The notes beneath the pieces are model-generated. The model was not told the origin of the DNA and made no database searches. It saw only the letters and a program-made list of their open reading frames with translations. This document shows, one piece after another, positions 48,301 through 51,296 of a DNA stretch of 51,296 nucleotides. A program made the position numbers and the translations under genes. How positions within the stretch are numbered: position 1 is the stretch's first letter; the number at the start of each line of letters is the position of its first letter. The DNA is from Candidatus Woesearchaeota archaeon (lineage in GTDB: Archaea > Nanobdellota > Nanobdellia > Woesearchaeales > BM511): positions 1 through 51,296 of the forward strand of contig JAAOYB010000017.1 in NCBI GenBank assembly GCA_018221135.1, read 5' to 3'.

Positions 48301-50617
48301 TGATGTATCCGCCGTAAGGAGGGGTTCCGTCGTACTTTATTGGTATTGATGAGTAACAATCACTTAGGCTTTCTTTTATTATCTCGCTGTTCTCAGCCCA
48401 CGCATTAACGTAGTACGAAATGTTCTCAATCATTGGCAAGTTGTAGGCTATTGGGTTGTTGTAAGCTACTCTTGCTTTGTTTCTTAGGCTATCGTGCCCG
48501 GTTAAGTAACACGTATTGGTTCCTATCTCGTAATCGTAAGCTATGATGCTGCTCTCAGGTTCGGTGAAGTCAAGTTCCAGGTATATTTCTTTTTGGTTAG
48601 TCCACTGCGTTGGTCTTAGTGATGCGTCTCCGCTTATAGTTATGCAATTAGAGCAAACAGGTGGTGTGAGGTCTACGTACATTATCCCATCACTACTACT
48701 CCACGGACCTTTTGAGCCGTCTTGGTAAACGATTCTTACGCTTATGAAGTACATGGTGTCAACTTGTAATGGAATCGTTTCGGTTGTGTAATTATTCATT
48801 GTGTTTTCTAAGAATACCACATTATTCCATTGTCCTGGCACGTCGTGTTTATCGTTTCCTATAGCGTATTCGTAAAAGCTAAACGCGGGGTTCGAGCTAT
48901 TACTCCAAGTAAAATACAAAGTTGTGCTATTAGTCTCGGTCCCGCCATCAGTTATGTTACTCACGGTTTCTAGCGTGCTATAAATAGTGATGTTGCTTGT
49001 TTGGATGTTTAGGTTTCCAAACACATCATAGACATAGAAAGTGACGTCGTAGAACTCTTCTACTAAGCTAGTGTTTATGCTACAACTACTATTTATTTGT
49101 GGCCCTGAACAAGTTATGTTTTGGTCCGCGGCGTAATAAGCGTAGTCGTATGAGAAGCTCTCGTTATAAGACGCGCTTGTAATATTAACTATAAGCGTTG
49201 TTAAATTAACACCATAATTATCATAGACGTTAAAGTTTATTACAGGTCCTTCACTAAAATAATAAGGAGGGAGATCTGTTAAGTTAACAAAGGGTGGGCT
49301 TTGATCTAAGAATACCTCTGCGTACGTTGACGAAACTGATTGCGTTAATGAATTATTTACTCTTACTCCTATCTTATTAGTCCCGTTATAAGCAAGGTTT
49401 AGTGTTACATTAAACCACGCCGGCGGCGTTGATGAATTAGTAAGGTTGAAAGCATCACTTACTTGCAGGGTTGCTGGTCTTGGGCTGTCAAGTATTAATG
49501 TGTAATACGTTGTTTGGTCTAATACTTGTGTTATGTTGTACCCAGTTAAGTCGCTTTTTTGGTAGTCATCAAAGTAGAGGTATCTTCCTTGCGCAGCACC
49601 AAACAATGCAACGTTGTATGGTACGTTTATCCTGCTAGTGTTCGATGGTAAAGTTTGAACTGTGCTAGAACCATAAGTAGTGATGTTAACATACGGATAA
49701 AAGCTTTGGGTGAAAGCACTTACAAAATCAGGGTCTCCGGTGTCTGTATAGGTATAAACTCTTAAGGTTATATTATTGCTAGCCCCGTAGCCGAGTATGT
49801 TAGTGACGGCTGCGTTGTTAGTGCTTAAGTTAAAATATTTTATGAATGGGAGGGGGAGTCTTGGAATATCAACTATGCTGATGTTGTCGTTGTTCTCTAA
49901 AGGTTCATATCCACTAGCTGTGCAGTTTATCTTGTAGTTATAATTACTAGGAGTAGTGAATGAGTGGTCGTATTCGTATCTGTCATCTCCTGCGTCGTAA
50001 CTCATAGCGTAATCAGTGCTTTGTGTGTTTAGGATGCACGTTGCCCCATTAATAAGTAATCCGCTCGTAATATTAGTGTAATTCGCCCAGAACGTTATTG
50101 TTTGATTAACCATTTGTAAACCGACGAAATCCGTACTAAGAGCTGAGTTATTACCTGTGCTGTAGGCACTAAAAGAGGCGATGTCAAAGACTAATCTCTC
50201 AGTTGCTGGGTTGTAAGTCTTGGTGCAAGCCGCGCATTCATTCCAAGTCCCGCTTGAGTTTAGTTGTCTTGTTAGTATTATCGGCGTTGCTTGGTATCCT
50301 AAGTTAAAAAACGTAATCGTCGCGGTAGTGTTTAGGTTTGGCATCGCTGCTGTGTCTACGTATACATGGTTTTGGCTTATCTCAATGTCTGCGTTTAAGT
50401 CGTAACCAGTAAGGTTTAGGTTCGATGCGCTCCAGTTTATTTGTGCTAAGCCTGTTTTTCCTACGTAGGGATTAGTCACATCAGAGATGTTCTCTGCTGA
50501 GAAATTCATTGTTAGGCCTTCATCAAAGTCGGTGCCTGTTGTGTTTATGAATAATAGTGACGCCACTATTAAGAGAGATGTTAATATTTTTGTTAAGGAA
50601 GTGCTTGTTTTTTTCAT
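42338..50617 (-). CDS. Giant (2759 aa) type I membrane-anchored cell-surface protein with FN3/Ig-like repeats
   Basis: Signal peptide, many D-x-T-P-P domain junctions and N-x-S/T sequons, Cys-rich motifs, Pro/Thr linker, TM, cytoplasmic tail with three repeats. Confidence 0.9.
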   Translation of the reverse strand: MKKTSTSLTKILTSLLIVASLLFINTTGTDFDEGLTMNFSAENISDVTNPYVGKTGLAQINWSASNLNLTGYDLNADIEISQNHVYVDTAAMPNLNTTATITFFNLGYQATPIILTRQLNSSGTWNECAACTKTYNPATERLVFDIASFSAYSTGNNSALSTDFVGLQMVNQTITFWANYTNITSGLLINGATCILNTQSTDYAMSYDAGDDRYEYDHSFTTPSNYNYKINCTASGYEPLENNDNISIVDIPRLPLPFIKYFNLSTNNAAVTNILGYGASNNITLRVYTYTDTGDPDFVSAFTQSFYPYVNITTYGSSTVQTLPSNTSRINVPYNVALFGAAQGRYLYFDDYQKSDLTGYNITQVLDQTTYYTLILDSPRPATLQVSDAFNLTNSSTPPAWFNVTLNLAYNGTNKIGVRVNNSLTQSVSSTYAEVFLDQSPPFVNLTDLPPYYFSEGPVINFNVYDNYGVNLTTLIVNITSASYNESFSYDYAYYAADQNITCSGPQINSSCSINTSLVEEFYDVTFYVYDVFGNLNIQTSNITIYSTLETVSNITDGGTETNSTTLYFTWSNSSNPAFSFYEYAIGNDKHDVPGQWNNVVFLENTMNNYTTETIPLQVDTMYFISVRIVYQDGSKGPWSSSDGIMYVDLTPPVCSNCITISGDASLRPTQWTNQKEIYLELDFTEPESSIIAYDYEIGTNTCYLTGHDSLRNKARVAYNNPIAYNLPMIENISYYVNAWAENSEIIKESLSDCYSSIPIKYDGTPPYGGYINYSGAVYENISSTIRNVSIRYASGYDDLSGININKVELLMSWSPINVITGNCGAYTSFDPYRNLSHSPNGSSTLVGLSDGRCYRFKLRTWDNAGNYVEYPSTSNIISIRVDSTPPSSVIASDYGAWTTSKSLSAEWSESIDLESGIDYYVYRLRDNTTTIVDWTQTEYLQVTEYDLPLQNAVEYYFDVYAVNHLNLTSNLSSTNGIYYFDVDPPASIQITSVDNWTTPILGYYYDSTQTNTTIYFSGSETGLNCVYSPYDVNYKTPNAADGEGFCQAVSGTNYECEINLTEEGYYTYYVVCADSSGNEQTSEQNVDVSFVKAHNAPIINTPTGKTSDDYYLYINNTILAYGKNITLISLNNNYITVLVNQTTITLLKGVSSLFEGVYLSNVHPFIIEGFDNLSKAFVYIKNESVTLPDNYYAPSSQVVFSDYYNTLMFSKTPLLLSFSVTQYSPSVITKYQARDSNNDLVQNQSIFYDYIDNNTIYYSINYDPGYSFDTHTVTINSTDYFNKSAQEIINITIYEYSPEIVSVSAPNKTQSDFNISINTTDSFVLAYQLVDELGVVAWFNQTLNSSNVSQLTQNLQNTIDVSSLSDGAYTLKVIAANEFFEYDSYEQIILLDRSNPELFYLRPLFSDELRVSQGDTFTYNTRFVEILDINQTHIEVLVDLQPKSISVGSSASYYAASNNDVIIKLNNISFVQANTTLTSAVIQVYNSTTPALSYPQRSGGVYMYNSSITVFEDMGFFTFLLGDLTPKTVSYAVKNATNTFLNNTEDVEGYLTPYYTVYFINNTLEYESLEIEFNLTDESNNSASIIVPFYYDTSTPSIDSASILAQIPSITPGVFNLTINTSFVWFLEVNITNSTGGVAQYYEINNTPEEKYINNVSLINISSAGDGDYSIIITYSDLYGGGSYFGKSFVLDTTPPSVENLTIPDYLFTDYFEIIFGIGEANAYDKIWVVEETPINTTTHNFTSKYDNYVGYGATMYFVSNFASPNNQSNITIYANDTAGNIGSLSFNYVPRNRAPWFGRNKKVVTSHNYADLDSQAIRYDNDKLIVSYVVDNVNYSTEGFESRLSVYNLTTNSLVYSLYSNNKSFYLDSSIKDDIISYTILNYTINNTEVLTDYYGIIYYNLTNSSMVAEYSPTLNNWSLLSTVYNDNNEKIYEVSNQSNEFLVYYNITNQVILPQNLTYLYSAKIVNGVIYAYHFNFSGGLYDYYLIKHNLSSNTYTNTPLFSNTIISYLVFDENAEFVYYDNLSVYQYNLSSNQSTKLNIDDLSNPKITSSFFLDYLSGSAYYYDLSEHYPVLIETSFSSIYDLIPSGVVWLDELGIYTKEFAPTGLDEINDLTILLNDSYSFDIFPYISDYDDNEILELDFYLFGPNLTLTWNNSIVNITPATDYFGDTWVIFNVTDSGGETALSNNVSVSVIDSSTNNVSINSSVNLIFDFYNLSDGSLHSTQINPTSIILPNQTNFSMRITPQATSYEFGTERFNILDFSYLNVSFFDINVVTVDYDAIRLGSNTSVLYEGDRYEVLDAVGVEILSDFSGQYYVQLNYSAYEAMINNSGDLIIFEFGYNFSNNQIDYTDMTTHTSFTINTSAKTIYLVVNAFSAFVLAEDQADSEVCGNGVDEDYSGSDQQCSPQNPPSRSSTSSSSSRSEEPIIGRIETCTDGVRNQDEEGIDCGGSCPFRCPATSTSPTTPIVPPPVVPPPPPTTQPTQPGETGAGQENLWQTILSFAKNPWVLIGGGITALVLIIAGAILLVVFVRKKKHEEKKPKKDDDELTPDELIRQSVAQRVPIQTPTPVVPVPEVSVAMSTPKQISDLEHLNEDPLKERKIQLEGIEKEKIGFSEQELEPVVKYLNETHQKGVPISKVKEMLKEKGWPADLVEEALKRKSCRDNLKVLAEYIKKAKATGLSNDTIKHHLINAKWAEHFVEMVLHEVHEVHDDVEKVKNYVTNMISKGVEHTHIRDLLVQAGWDGGVIDPVIAEA

Positions 50618-50904
50618 ATTAAGTCAAGCCCTCCTTTCTTGGTTTTTTTGTAAGAAGTAATTGTTTTGTCTACGTTTTCTTTTTTTACGCCTATCTTAGT
50701 TGCTTTCTCGTTTATTTTTTGTATTATATCGTCGTCTTTTTCTAGTGTTGCTTCTTCGACTTTTTTTAGAAGTATGCCCTCATTAGTTACTATGAACATG
50801 TAGAACCCTGCGCCTTCTTCTATTCCGAGGTCTTGTCGTACTTCTTTAGGTATTACTATTTGGCCTCTTTTGTCGCATTGTACGAGTTTGGGGTATTTTT
50901 TCAA
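50614..50904 (-). CDS. AbrB/MazE/SpoVT-family DNA-binding protein
   Basis: DKRGQIVIPKEVRQDLGIEEG motif; GGAGGTG ribosome-binding site before TTG; 4-nt overlap with the giant gene. Confidence 0.9.
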   Translation of the reverse strand: MKKYPKLVQCDKRGQIVIPKEVRQDLGIEEGAGFYMFIVTNEGILLKKVEEATLEKDDDIIQKINEKATKIGVKKENVDKTITSYKKTKKGGLDLI

Positions 50905-50945
50905 GTTTTACACCTCCAAGCAAAGAGTAAGAATGTTGCTTGGTT

Positions 50946-51077
50946 TCACATACAACACCCCCACTCGTACATGCCTAGTTCATGGTTGTAGAACATGCTG
51001 TACTCATGCAAAAAAAACCGCTCTTTAGTCCTGCGTATCGCTTCTCGGATTTCGTCTTTGTTTTGTTGGCGCCTCAT
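50946..51077 (-). CDS. 43-aa small ORF (MRRQQNKDEIREAIRRTKERFFLHEYSMFYNHELGMYEWGCCM)
   Basis: Translated by hand (below the ORF-track cutoff); fills the gap between the promoter region and the AbrB gene. Confidence 0.45.
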   Translation of the reverse strand: MRRQQNKDEIREAIRRTKERFFLHEYSMFYNHELGMYEWGCCM

Positions 51078-51092
51078 CAAAAACAAACCTTA

Positions 51093-51189
51093 TTTCTGAA
51101 AATCAGAAAAATTAACTGATTATAAGTTTTTTATTCTGATTTTATCAATTTTTTTCTTATTTTAATAAAAATTTTCTGATAATCAGAAA
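51093..51189. promoter_or_regulatory. Two palindromic operators TTTCTGA-N3-TCAGAAA
   Basis: Copies at 51093-51109 and 51173-51189 (80 bp apart), with CTGAT half-sites between them. Confidence 0.65.
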
Positions 51190-51296
51190 TAATTGTTTTT
51201 GTTGTTATATAAAACTTTCGATTAGAAAGGCTTTGTGTAAAAAAGGCTTAGTCTGTGTAAAAACTTGCTATTTTATTACACAAAGCCGATTAGAAA

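Noticed and set aside
51050-51080. Hammerhead-like TGATGAG...CGAAA on the minus strand
   Set aside because: Lacks the CUGA core C and a pairing stem II; better explained as the start of the small ORF
1-51296. CRISPR arrays, cas genes, transposases, integrases, rRNA, inteins
   Set aside because: No regularly spaced repeats or matching protein motifs were seen; polB and the other conserved genes have normal lengths

Overview
Chromosomal segment of a low-GC archaeon. Gene content and protein style suggest DPANN, probably Woesearchaeota-like; this is inferred from the proteins, with no database search. Bases 311-15068 hold the archaeal S10/spc-type ribosomal super-operon (rpl3 to rpl15, with SUI1, Rpp29, secY and DUF106). 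The rest is mostly housekeeping: alaS, a PLP aminotransferase, an RbgA-type GTPase, tRNA-Gly(GCC), a thioredoxin cluster with an HTH regulator, a P-type ATPase, rpl11, a secreted thiol-oxidoreductase/parvulin pair, a HerA-like ATPase, an M29 aminopeptidase, PAN, a Pol II-like family B polymerase, ABCE1 and TrmI. It ends with a 2759-aa surface protein behind an AbrB-like regulator. No CRISPR array, transposase or integrase was seen. The most interesting signals are small: (1) a stand-alone 73-aa NrdD glycyl-radical domain whose promoter carries tandem NrdR-like boxes, a candidate spare part for class III ribonucleotide reductase; (2) an unannotated C/D box guide sRNA; (3) a highly structured ~260-nt leader before rpl3; (4) a stand-alone MCM-type winged-helix protein; (5) a palindromic operator, small-ORF and hairpin control region in front of the giant surface protein.
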